This document shows, one piece after another, positions 14,805-28,370 of a stretch of 64,000 nt of DNA. How positions within the stretch are numbered: position 1 is the stretch's first letter; every line of letters begins with the position of its first letter. A model generated the notes under the pieces. The model did not search any database and was not told the DNA's origin. It saw nothing but the letters and a program-made list of their open reading frames with translations. The position numbers were made by a program, and so were the translations under genes. Source of the DNA: Octopus vulgaris (lineage: Eukaryota); contig OX597826.1 of the NCBI GenBank assembly GCA_951406725.2, positions 58,466,001 through 58,530,000 on the forward strand. Reading direction: 5' to 3'.

Positions 14805-15890
14805 GGGGTGGTGGTCGTGAAAGTAGTGGTGGTGATGGTGTTGGTGGTAGTGTGGTGGTGGTTTTGGTGGCATTGATGGCTGTGGAGGCATTGATGTGGG
14901 TAACGATGATGATGATGATGGTGATGATGAGAAAAAGGGGAATATGTTGATGGTGGTGATTGTGGACGTGCTGGAGATAGAGGTGAGGTGATAATGATGA
15001 GCTGGCGTATGAGTAGGAGGAAGATGAAGAGATGAAGACGAGAATGACGATAATGAAGATGATGGTCTAGCACTCGGTCGGTTACAACGACGAGTGTTAC
15101 AGTTCATACGATCCACCGTAGCATCTGCTCGTGAAATTAACGTGCAAGTGTCTGAGCACCCCTCCACAGTCATTTCTGCCCTTAACGTAATTCTTAGGGA
15201 GTTTCTGCATACCACCACCGAATGTGACATGGTTGGTCCCTTTTCAATTACAGGTACAACTCATTTTCGCCGGTTGAGTAGACTGGAGCATTGTTGAAAT
15301 AAAGTGTTTTGCACGAGGGCAAAACGCCCCACCGGAATCGAACTCACGACTTTATAATCGTGAGCCAAATAACCAAACTACTAAGCCGCGCGCCATCATG
15401 ATGATAAAAATGAGGGTGATGATGGTGGTGATGGCGGTGAAGAAGATAGTGGTGGTGATGGGGATGATGACGATGAGGAAAAGGAAGAGATGGTGATCAT
15501 CATTGTGGCGATAATGATAATGGCTTGGTTATCGATATGATAGTGATGATGATGATAATGATGAGAATGATGATGACGATGATGATGACGATAATGATGA
15601 TGACGACGACAACGATGATGATAATGACGACTACGACGACGACGAAGATGATGATAATGAGGATGATGATGATCGTGACGACGGTGATGACGATGACGAC
15701 GACGATGATGATGGTGATGATGATTATAGTGATAATGATGACGAAGGTGATAATGACGACGATGATGATAATGATGACGTCGACGACGACGATGATGATG
15801 ACGGTGATGATGACGAAGGTGATAACGATGATGATGATGATGATGATGACGACGGCGATGATGATAATGATGACGTCGACGACGACGATT

Positions 15891-15932
<42 letters not shown>

Positions 15933-16490
15933 GTTGTTCTAAAGAGAAAAGACCAGGAAAGAATGTAAAGTAAAAACGTTCCTCACCAAAAGCAACCTCC
16001 AAAACGAAATGGGTTTCGATGCCAACCAACGGAAGCAGGTGCCAATGTGTGTACGAGCACCACCCCACCTCTGTCTCTCTCTCGCTCTCTCTTTCCCACA
16101 CCGCCACATATTTTGACGTTAATTTGTATGATGATGAGGAGGAGGCGGAGGAGGAGGATGTGTTGGTGTTGATGCTGTTATTGTTGATGTCGTTGTTGGT
16201 GTCATTTCCGTAAATCTGACATCACTGACCCAGATGACTGTTGTTTCAGGGAAATATATTCCGTGACCGATTGGTCAATATCTAAAAGATGTCACAATTT
16301 GAAAGGACTGCCGGGCGGGGGTGGGGTGGTGGTGCGAAGGAAGCATTTCGTGCTGGTAGTGGTGGTGGTGGTTGTGATGGTGGTAGTGGTGGCGGTGACA
16401 GTTGCAGTTATCGTTGTAGTATGTCGTGTTTATTGTTGTATGGTATATTAGCAGACTTCTTGGCAGCTACAACAACAATTGCTGCTGCTG

Positions 16491-16542
<52 letters not shown>

Positions 16543-16770
16543 AACAACAACAACAACTACTACTACTATTATTACTACTACTACTGCTGCTGCTGCTAGT
16601 ACTACTACTAGCAGTATTAGTAGTAGTAGTGGTGGTGGTGGTACTGTTGGTATTGGTGTTGGTGGTATTAGCGGTAGTAGCAATAACAATAATAATAGTA
16701 ATAGTAGTGATAGTAGTAGTAGCAGCAGTAGTTGTAATAGTACTAGTAGTAGTAGTAATAATAATAATAA

Positions 16771-16832
<62 letters not shown>

Positions 16833-16847
16833 ATTGTAGTAGTAATT

Positions 16848-16880
<33 letters not shown>

Positions 16881-16975
16881 ATGCTGGTTGTTGGTGGTTG
16901 TGCTAGTAGAAACTGTTGGAGAAATAGTGCCGGTGGTGGTGGTGGTTGTTGTGGTAGTAGTGGTATTGTGTCACT
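14618..16975. repeat. Degenerate (GAT)/(GGT)/(TAG)/(TAC) trinucleotide low-complexity region
   Basis: Directly visible; interrupted by a SINE and short unique islands. Confidence 0.85.
15069..15398 (-). mobile_element. tRNA-derived SINE (V/Deu-domain-like), copy 1
   Basis: Reverse complement has a tRNA-like head (ggcttagtagtttgg...gagttcgattcc) and a cactttatttca...gctccagtc block; colinear with 24054-24379. Confidence 0.8.
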
Positions 16976-17058
16976 ACTACTACCATAATGTTGAGTGAAA
17001 GGTCTTCTCGTATTGGTAACCTATTTGCTTTATTCGTCAGGTTACAACAAATTGCAGC

Positions 17059-17582
17059 CTAGCCTTCGAAGTAGAGGCCATCGTAGTGCACTAGCTGGCG
17101 CCACCTTTCTGTCGTTTCTTCGATCCCATGCTGACACCGGTTCTTGTCCTTTGAGGAGAAGTACTCCTACACTGAAACTTCCACTTCCTCTGGGTTGATG
17201 AAGTGTCGTGAGCGCAGAAAGTGAGCCATGGATAGGAACAAGTGATAATCCGAGGGAGCTGACGCAGGACTATATGTTGGGTGTGGCATCAGTTCGGAGT
17301 TTATTCCGAGTCGTTCGAGCGGTATATGTTGTCTTGCGTGCAGAAGAGCTCGCTTTCTGTTAACCAATGTCGAATATTTCTGCCGCGCAGTCGCATATAT
17401 CTGCCCCAGCTCTTCAGAGTACAGGCTGGCATCAATGTTTCGACCGGCCGGAACGAACTCGAAGCGAATTATCTCCTTATAAGTCCACCAGACGCAGTGT
17501 ATCATCTCTTGTTCAAAGGGCCCAGATTTGGCGACAGGTTCCGAAATCTGGCCCTTACTTAATCACTGCTTTAGCACATTAG
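17059..17582 (-). mobile_element. mariner (DD34D) transposase 3' fragment, decayed
   Basis: MIHCVWW...LLH...HPTYSPASAPSDYHLF...ERWRQLVHYDGLYFEG* matches the mariner HPPYSPDLAPSDYHLF and terminal G.YF motifs. Confidence 0.92.
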
Positions 17583-17860
17583 GATTGCAGTAAACTCCCA
17601 CTTTCCGTCTGTCTGTATCTCTCTCTTCCCTCTCTCTTTTTCTCTCTCTGCCTCTTCTCCCCACTCTCCCTTTCCCCCGCTCTCTCTCTCTCTGGGCACT
17701 ATACTGGTGGTTGTTTAAAAAGTGGCAACGGCGTGGTGGTAATTGTGGTGTTGATGAAGGTTGTTATGACACTAGTAACGTGATGATGCTGGTGGTGGTG
17801 GTTTTAGTGGTGGTGGCTGTAGGGTAATGGGGATGGTGATGATAGTAGTGTAAGTTGTAA

Positions 17861-18042
17861 GGCGGCGAGCTGGCAGAAACGTTCTGAGTTCAAATTCCGC
17901 CTAGGTCGGCTTTGCCTTTCATCTTTTCGGGGTCGATTAAATAAGTACCAGTTACGCACTGGGGTCGATATAATTGACTTAATCCGTTTGTCTGTCCTTG
18001 TTTGTCCCCTCTGTGTGTGGCCCCTTATGGACAGTAAAGAAA
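17861..18042 (+). mobile_element. Meta-like SINE, tail A, with an internal deletion
   Basis: Same head, central block and tail as 18930-19158; imperfect flanking repeat tagtagtgtaagttgt / taagtagtgaaggttgt. Confidence 0.88.
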
Positions 18043-18222
18043 TAAGTAGTGAAGGTTGTTGTGGCTGCAGCACTAGTGTGATGTCAATGATGGTTATTGT
18101 GAAGGAAGTTTTGGTAGCAGTAACGATGTGGCGATGGTGGTGGTGTTAGTAGAAATAGTAGTGGTAGTAGTAGCAGCAGCAGCAGCAACAGCAGTAGCAG
18201 CAGCAGTAGTAGTAGTAGTAGC

Positions 18223-18269
<47 letters not shown>

Positions 18270-18879
18270 AAATAAAAGTCGTGGTAGTAGTAACGATGTA
18301 GTAGTTGTGGTAGTGGTGGCGGAGATTTTTGTGACAGTAGTGACTGTGTGGTGTTGATGTGGTGGCAGGTGTTACAGTGGTAGTAGTGAAGATTTGTTTT
18401 GGTAGTAGTAGAAGATTCGTTATTAGTGACGGTGTTGGTAGTGGTAGCCGTAGTGTAGGTGTTGTTGTTGTTGGTGGTGGTGGTGGAGGTGGTGGTGGTG
18501 TCGCTGACGGTGGTCGAGGTGATGATGGTGATATTGATGATGGTGTTGGTGGTGTTGATGTTGGCGGTGGTAGCGGTGTGGTGAAAATATTTCTGGCAGT
18601 AGTGTTGATGTGGTGGTGACAGGATCACGAAACCTCACAGCAGAGCTAATTATCCTGCCAGGACTCTCCCCAACAATACCCCCACACACACACACACACA
18701 CTAATTCTATTAGCCACTCAGTCTCTTAGTATTCCCAATTCTACATCTGCTTACCAATAACGTAGTTTGGTTGAATTACTGTACTAACGTAAAGTCTCCG
18801 ACACGGTTATTCTGTATGATAGAAATAGCAGCTAAATCTCCCTCACTTCGCGTACCATATCGCCCGATGAGAAAAAGAA

Positions 18880-19385
18880 AAGCCTTGTGAGTGCATTTGG
18901 TAAACAGAAACATAAAGAAACTGAAAAATGGCGGCGAGCTGGCAGAAACGTTAGCACGCCGGGCGAAATGCTTAGCTGTATTTCGTCCGCCGCTGCGTTC
19001 TGAGTTCAAATTCCGCCGAGGTCGACTTTGCCTTTCATCATTTCGGGGTCGATAAATTCAGTACCAGTAACGCACTGGGGTCGATGTAATCGATTTAATC
19101 CGTTTGTCTGTACTTGTTTGTCCCCTCTGTGTTTAGCCCCTTGTGGGTAATAAAGAAACATATATCTGTGTGTGTGTGTGTACCTTGTGTCTGTGTTTGT
19201 CCTCCCCACCACCGCTTGACAACCGGTGTTGGTGTGTTTGCATCCCCGTGACTTCGCCGTTCGGCAAAAGGGAGTTGATAGAATAAGAACCAAGCTTTAA
19301 AAAAAAAGCATTGGAGTTGATACATTCGACTAAATTTCTTCAAGGTTGTGCTCCAGTATGGCCGCAGTGTAATGCATGAACACAA
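18880..19385 (+). mobile_element. CORE-like SINE remnant interrupted by a full Meta-like SINE (18930-19158, +)
   Basis: aagccttgtgagtgcatttggtaaacagaaac before the insert; ccaccgcttgacaaccggtgttgg...gctccagtatggccgcagt after it. Confidence 0.85.
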
Positions 19386-19824
19386 TGTTGTAGGCAACAA
19401 AATTTGAATTCTTTAGAAGTTTCCAAAACTTTGCCAAAACGAAGTTTCCAAAACTTTGCCAAAACAAAAGCTATATTAATTTTTAAAGAATCTCAAATAA
19501 AACAGATGATTTCAAGAAAATACAGATTAATTTCTTAAATTAACCTACAAGTATAGAGAAATGACGGAGTGCTCAAGCGTTCATTTTCCCAAGTTTCAAG
19601 TATGCTCATGTTTCGGTATTTTTGACCTCGTCAGTATAGTACAGCTTACAGAAACTTGAAAATCAATTGGTAGGTTGATCAATAGAAAATGAAGTGTTAG
19701 ATATACTTCCGAACAAGATTTGTATAATTTAAAATAATAAAAAAAAAAACTAAGGAAACACCGAGCTACAAAACAGCTTTCGTCAACGAAATTCCAGTCA
19801 CAAAGTACTTGATCACACGAGTCC

Positions 19825-20110
19825 AATGAAGAACATATGTAACCTAGGTGCTACGCAGGTGAATCGAACCCGGTAGCACATGTTTGCAATGCGCACTTCT
19901 TTACCAAATATTCAACAGTCACATCCTTTCTACTATAGGCACAAAGGTTGAAATTTTGAGAGAGGGAGCTTTTCGATTTCATCGACCCCCAGTGTTCAGC
20001 TAGGACGTATTTTATCGGGCCCTGTGACATTTGAACTCAGAACGTAAAGACAAACGAAAGGCCACTAAGTAATTTGTCCGGCACGAAAATGATTCTGTTG
20101 TCTCACGGTT
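19825..20110 (-). mobile_element. CORE-like SINE head fragment plus diverged Meta-like SINE (tail B)
   Basis: cctttctactataggcacaaagg...catcgacccccagtg...atttgaactcagaacgtaaaga. Confidence 0.7.
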
Positions 20111-20951
20111 TTCCACTCACCAATTATATCAAGCAATGTTGCTGTATATTCATTAATCCTTATTAATAAAATACCGCGTCACTAATTCATTAAATCGTGT
20201 AGCGTCTAGAGAGTAACAACAGTTTGCCACCGTGGGGCCGATTATGTCTGAAAATGGCCAGTGATTAGCAACCAATAACATGAAAGACGTCATGGATTAG
20301 CAACGATAATTGGAAGTCGCTTATTTTCCCACCACCCTCATCCCACCCCAGAATTTTCCTTGTTGCTAATCCTATTCGTTTTAATAACATAAGCATACAG
20401 ACCAATAAAATTATACAGACACAAATAAACACATATATAGGCAGACGCAGTTTGCAGGTAATGAAACGCAGATTACGAAACATATCAGTTCGACAGGAAC
20501 ACACGTATACACATACACACGGGAATAGATACGTAAAAACACTAATCATACATACACATATATATATATACATATGCGTATGCACACACGTACACATATA
20601 TATATATAAACATATATATATATATATATACATTTGTGTATGTATGAATGTACATATGTATGCGGGAGTGTGCGTGTATATATATATATATGCATGAATA
20701 CCATTATAGAGAAATTAGATTTACTTGTATATACGCATTGTATACATACATATAGGTCAGCATACTCATACAAGTATAATTACATACATACATACACACA
20801 AACGTTATGTGTGTGTATATATATATATATATACACACACAAAGCCCCTATAAAATCTTATGCACGCAACTGATAAACACATTGAAACACGCGATATATG
20901 TATATATATATATATATATATACATACATACATATATATCTATGTGTGTTT

Positions 20952-20982
<31 letters not shown>

Positions 20983-21586
20983 CATAGAACTACATAGAAG
21001 TTACAAACATACATACATACAACATTAAAGAGGATTTTCTGTCTAATTATCGATCAAATTCCTTCTGTGCCACACCTTAGAAGAACGTATACAAAACAAA
21101 TAAATAAATATATAGAAAGACACACACACACACACCGGTACACACGCACACATACACACACACACACACATACATACATACACACACACACACACACGCC
21201 TACACGAGCACAACTTCATACACGCACACTCGTGCAAACACATAAAAGCGAATAAAATAAAAGAATTAACTTGAGAAGAATTACAAAAAAGTTGCGAAAA
21301 TAGTGACAGGGGGATTAAACCATGTATTTCTCAAGGTATTGATCTTTTGTGATATGTGGCGTGTCTAGGGTCCGGTGTCAGGAAAAAAATAAAGAAGGGT
21401 TTTTATTGATTATTTATATCAACTCAAGTAGCCCAAAACCACTCACTCAACAGAGAAACTATATGTGTGTATATGTATATATATGCATGTGTAAATGTAT
21501 GTGCGTGTATATATGTGCATATGAATGCATCTATGTATGTGTAAGTATATATACGAGTATGTGTGTATGCATGCATGTATAATGTA

Positions 21587-21617
<31 letters not shown>

Positions 21618-21825
21618 TCCTATAGGTATTTTCAGCCGATTTTCTTCCTAATTGTCAAGTGTTGGAAGAAAATATAAAAAAAAGGAAGAAGTTTTTATAT
21701 CGTACTGCTATCAACCGTACCACAATACAATTAATACAACCAACACCCTGTCATCATCATCATCATCATCATCATCATTTTCATCAATGTCGACTTTTTG
21801 AGGTCGTGGTTACTGTCGTAGTTGA

Positions 21826-22776
<951 letters not shown>

Positions 22777-22847
22777 ATGAATACAATATATAAATATATG
22801 TTATATTTTTTCGTGAGTGTATGTATGTCTATATGTTTATATACGTT

Positions 22848-23045
22848 AGATGGTGGAATCGCTATAGCGCCGGGCCAAATATTTTGCTCTGAACTGAAAT
22901 TTCGCCGATGCCATATTTTGTATTTCATCCTTTCGCGGTCGATAAAATAAAGAACGTGTCAAGTACTGGAATTGATGTACTCGATTAACATTCTCTCTCT
23001 AAAATTCCTAGCCTTGAGCGAAAATTTGAAACCATTATTATTAAA
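22848..23045 (+). mobile_element. Diverged Meta-like SINE, tail B
   Basis: tttcatcctttcgcggtcgataaaataa...gccttgagcgaaaatttgaaaccattattatt. Confidence 0.7.
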
Positions 23046-23297
23046 TATATTTTAGGAGATAATTATTTGCTACTTAAAGTTTCCTCAGATGAATAAGTAT
23101 GATAATATCCCTCTTTTCCTATGTAAACTTCGTACGTCTGATATCTATGGGCGATACTGCATAATTCATTTTATTTATCTGATGAAATTTGAAGCACTAA
23201 GATATTTTTCTTACATCTTTGCTTAATAATATATTTACTTCACCTTGTATTCAGTTCGCTATATTTATTTCACGTTGCAATATATTATTTATCATGA

Positions 23298-23373
<76 letters not shown>

Positions 23374-23437
23374 CATACGTATTATATATTTCACACATAA
23401 ATACGCACAGACATATGTATGTATTCATACAGATATA

Positions 23438-23477
<40 letters not shown>

Positions 23478-23492
23478 TATATATATATATGA

Positions 23493-23525
<33 letters not shown>

Positions 23526-23748
23526 GCACTGATCTATCCCTGTCACTCAAGCGCCTACGTGCTACGGAACTTCCACTTATGCATTCTCTTTATTTCAAAA
23601 TTTTATGCTTTATATTTTATATTTACTATTGACAAAAAGTTTTAGCACCTGTATAGTATCTTAATAAGTTTTTAAAAACTAAGAACGACCTACAATTTGT
23701 TTTCCGACCTAGCAATTTTCAACCACAAAACGAATTTTCTTTCATACG

Positions 23749-23782
<34 letters not shown>

Positions 23783-23905
23783 CATACATCTATCCATCCA
23801 TACATACATGCATGCATATACATCTATGTGCGCGCGCGTGTATACAATTATTTTCTTCTTTCATATGTTGGTATGTGCATATATACGTGTGTGTGTATGC
23901 ATATG

Positions 23906-23937
<32 letters not shown>

Positions 23938-23938
23938 T

Positions 23939-23969
<31 letters not shown>

Positions 23970-24053
23970 CATACATATAGGAAAAAGCAACAAGAATGGG
24001 TCAATATATCGGTACAATTGCTTAAACCGTATATACCTACATATATATACATA

Positions 24054-24379
24054 GGAGCACTCCGTCGGTTACAACGACGAGGGTCCCAGCTGATACGATC
24101 AATAGAATAGACTGTTCGTAAGATTAACGTGCAAGTGGTTGAGCACTCCGCAGACACTTGTACCCTTAACTCAGTTCTCAGGGAGATTCAGCATGACACA
24201 GAATCTGACGAAGTTGTCCCTTTGAAATACAGGTACTACTCCTTTTTGCCAGCTGAAAGGACTGGAGCAGCGTGAAAATAAAGTGTCTTGCTCTGGGACA
24301 CAATGCGTCGCCGAGAATTGAACTCACGACCCTACGATCGTGAGCTCAATATCCCAACCACTAAAACACGCGCCTTCAC
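24054..24379 (-). mobile_element. tRNA-derived SINE (V/Deu-domain-like), copy 2
   Basis: Colinear with 15069-15398; reverse-complement head gtgaaggcgcgtg...gagttcaattctc. Confidence 0.82.
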
Positions 24380-24399
24380 ACATACACACACATACAGAA

Positions 24400-24454
<55 letters not shown>

Positions 24455-24830
24455 TGTTTCTTTATTAGCCACACAGGGCTGCACACAGATAGAACAAATT
24501 ACAAGGTAGAGCTTTTCTTTTGAAGGTTTAAAAAAAAAATAATAATAATTATAATAATAATAAAATAACAAATAAAATAAAATAAAAAAGGGGGGTCGAT
24601 CAAAAGGGATCGTAAAAGGAGAGAAAGAGGACAAAAAAGGGGGGTTAAAAAAAGGGGGAGAGGGAAAAAAATTGATCAGTAGGGATCGTTATCACAGAAA
24701 TGTCAATATGAAGTGTAAAGGGGAGGACAGGTGAGGTTTACCCGTGGAAAGAAAAGCCTACGGAAAAGACCACGGTAACCTCGGTCAATGAAGTCACATG
24801 TTATATTTCTTTTTTTTTTTTGCAAATAAG
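24455..24830 (-). mobile_element. Probable 5'-truncated LINE 3' UTR (L1/Tx1-like) embedded in (GATA)n
   Basis: Reverse complement is pyrimidine-rich and ends gcagccctgtgtggctAATAAAgaaa; (GATA)n on both sides; no ORF seen, so the clade is inferred. Confidence 0.55.
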
Positions 24831-24888
24831 CAACTCTCTGTAGATTGATAGATAGATAGCTAGCTAGCTAGCTAGCTAGCTAGCTAGC

Positions 24889-24962
<74 letters not shown>

Positions 24963-24984
24963 CATGCTCATATACACATTAGCC

Positions 24985-25105
24985 AACGGGTGCGGCAAAA
25001 GAGATCGGTAGAATAAGAATCAAACTTTAAAAAGGTGCTGGGTTCTTTAGAGCGAAGCCCCAGCATGGCCGCGGTACAATGACTGAAACAAGTAAAAACA
25101 ATATA
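24985..25105 (+). mobile_element. CORE-like SINE 3' fragment
   Basis: cggcaaaagagatcggtagaataag...ccagcatggccgcggtacaatgactgaaacaagtaaaa. Confidence 0.75.
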
Positions 25106-25407
25106 AAACAATACACATCTTGCACAGCCACATCATCCAATGCAACATTCAACACGATGTATCATTCAACAAATTTATGCAACTTACACGGCCATGTTTT
25201 GTACTAAACCCTACAAACGAAACACCAAAATAAATCCCAGTATATCATTAGAAGCGTCACAATAAAGCAAACCTGAAGTAACGTAGATACTCAATTAACC
25301 TTCTCCACTGCCCAAAGAACCCTTAAATAGCAACAGGTATACACGTCAGGTCTACAGTCACACATAGTTGCGTAGTTTAAATTTAAGGGCTTGGAAATTA
25401 AAGTAAC

Positions 25408-25586
25408 CTGCATGTGAGGATTGAAAGCAGAAAGAACCCTTATATTTCTTGACTTGGTTCCTTCACTATTTATGGAGTTGTAGATGGGCCGTCGGGACAT
25501 ATGTTGTCTTGAGCAGCTTTTGATGTGGTAGACACAGACCTTTCCTTTGCACATCTGACCACGGTCGATTTAGACCAGAAAGAAAG
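25408..25586 (-). other. Candidate exon of an unidentified transcript
   Basis: Strong acceptor (ttctctttcattttctcttccttttttgtgtgtctAG) before unique, more GC-rich sequence; the donor CAG|GTTACT is weak; no recognisable protein. Confidence 0.25.
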
Positions 25587-25624
25587 CTAGACACACAAAA
25601 AAGGAAGAGAAAATGAAAGAGAAG

Positions 25625-25790
25625 TATCGAATCGAAAGAAATATATGACTTGTAGTTTATTTATCGACCGTGAAAGTATAAAAGGCGAAACTAACTTCGG
25701 CGGAATTTGAACTCAGAGCGTAGAAAAGCTTGTGCAAAAAGCGCAATGCATTCTATCAGACTTTCTAACGACTCGGCTAATTCCTTCCCT
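25625..25790 (-). mobile_element. Diverged Meta-like SINE
   Basis: tttatcgaccgtgaaag...cggcggaatttgaactcagagcgt. Confidence 0.7.
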
Positions 25791-26059
25791 GTAGGATTAC
25801 ATTTGTGAATGATTATAAAAAAATAAGAAAAAAATGCAGGCAAATATAACCAAAACCCCATCATTTACTAAATATACATAACATAAAAGAATAAAGTTCT
25901 GCTAGTCACTACACGTATATTAATTATATAGGTAGATTTAACAGAAAAGGAAAGAGCAGCGAGATAAAACTGTATATAGGCGTCTATAGGTGCGCTCGGC
26001 ATTGCGGTAAAAGAACGAAAGCATAGCAATGGCACAAAGAAATTTTTAAAAAAACGATA

Positions 26060-26480
<421 letters not shown>

Positions 26481-27277
26481 AAGAGTTTGGATGCAGTTCA
26501 TTTGCGCTTAATCGCTGAATCCATTAAACTCATTATACACGAACCAGACCTCAAATCTCTTTGAACTGTTCGTTTTTCATCTAATTGGTATTTAAAATTA
26601 GCGTCTCTAGAAAACCGCCATTCATATTAAACTAGTGACAGAGGACGAATTAAGTAAAATTCCTTCTTTTAAGTATACGAATTCCAACCGTAAGGTGATT
26701 ATTGGTTTTCAAATGAAGTAAATCAAAACCTAACATATTTATAGAACAATGATAATAATAATCATTGATTTATATTGTTTATTTTTTGTTGTTGTTGTTC
26801 CTTTTCATTACCGCGTAAGTACTTCTAGTCTAGCTGTCTTTAATACTCTCAGCACTAAATGCGTTAATATTAACGTAACTATTTTACAAGTGGAGTGTTT
26901 GAGTTAATGTCACTCTTAATAATATACTTACACTGATGAGGCTATAATATAATAGAAGCGTATCAGGATTTAACTCCCGTGGTTTGCAAAATACTTAAAA
27001 ATGTAATTATACGTATTTAGATTTTAATTGTCACTACATGAAATATGTTAACAATAACATAACTGATATTCTATACTGATTTCATTTCAACCACGATGCC
27101 ACGAATTATGAACTTCATCCGAGTTTTCGAAGCTGAAAAAATAAAGTCAGCCAAGATGTTATGCTCTAACTAACTACACATCAGTCTTAATCCTTTAGAT
27201 CTCCAATCCAAGGCATTCCAAACGCGGCTACTCCATATTTTTGTTATTATTTTAAAGTTATAGTGTATATGTGGTTA

Positions 27278-27796
27278 CCGTAAATCCTCGAGTATAGTCC
27301 GCCCTTGAGTATAATACGCAGGGGAATTTTAGGGGGCTGTAACTCAGAAAAACCTACACCTTGTGTATAATGCGCACCCCCTTCTCTAACTTGAGTCATG
27401 GAGGTCTATATAACGACCTTGGTTTGTAAAACTGTATAAGGTAACGCCCTTTATTATTATTGTATATATAACATGATGAAAACGTGTAGCTTTTTTGTGC
27501 ATTTTGTTTGCAGAAATAAATAAATAACAGTAATAACAGTAATAACGTTAAATAAATGTTGCTTACTGCAAGTTATGGATGATTCTTTTATGACTTTATT
27601 GCTTTCAGGCTTAGCTTAAGTTATTTTCGCGCCCGATATTACAAAATGCGTCTGAATAAACATTGCCGGACAGCAAATAGAGACTCGGACATTGTTTGAA
27701 AATAATTTTCATTTTTAACCTCGTATATAGTACGCACTAGGGATTTTGACCTTTAAATTTGGGTAAAAAATGCGGATTATACACGAGGATTTACGG
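27278..27796. mobile_element. pogo/Tigger-like MITE, 519 bp, TA TSD
   Basis: TIRs ccgtaaatcctcgagtatagtccgc / gcggattatacacgaggatttacgg flanked by TA; subterminal repeats of the cttgagtataatacgca type. Confidence 0.88.
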
Positions 27797-27968
27797 TACT
27801 TTATGTAGTGTGTCCTTACTGACGGAAGTACGTGTTTAAGGGATAAAAAAAGCTCGGCTGCTATTTCTGTTCGAGTGTGCGACTGTATGAGTATCCTCTT
27901 GTTTCCTCATTACGGACCTAAACTTGGAGCTCAGTTTTCGTGTTCCAGAGAGGGATCGTTGAGAGATA

Positions 27969-28370
27969 TGGCGCAGGCACAGTTGTAGGGTTAAGAAGTT
28001 CAATTTGCAGCTACGCGATGAGGGTTAGATAGTAATATGCATAAATTTGTCAAGAACCTTCTACGATAGACTTGCCTTGATCAGTATTTTGTCAGTGAAA
28101 TTAGTAGATAGAAACTATGCCGAAGCTCGTGTCATATATATATATGTGTAAGGCGGCGAGCTGGCATAAACGTTAGCGCGCCAAGCGAAATGCTTGACTG
28201 TTATGTTCTGAGTTCAAATTCCGCCGAGGTCGACTTTGCCTTTCATCCTTTCGGGGTCGATAAATAATGTACCAGTTACGCACTGGGTTGATGTCATCGA
28301 CTTAATCCCTTTGCCTGGTCTGTCCTTGTTTGTCCCCTCTATGTTTAGCCCCTAGTGGGCAATAAAGAAA
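27969..28370 (+). mobile_element. Diverged CORE-like SINE 5' half followed by an inserted Meta-like SINE, tail A (28152-28370)
   Basis: ggcgcagg...tagtagatagaaact...(TA)n, then ggcggcgagctggc...ggcaataaagaaa, flanked by atatatatatgt on both sides. Confidence 0.8.

Noticed and set aside
19416-19465. Perfect 25-bp tandem duplication gaagtttccaaaactttgccaaaac x2
   Set aside because: Real, but only two copies; an ordinary slippage duplication.
24204-24240. ctgacga...gaaa...gta hammerhead-like string inside a SINE
   Set aside because: No proper stem II or stem III closing pair, and the sister copy near 15225 lacks CTGACGA.
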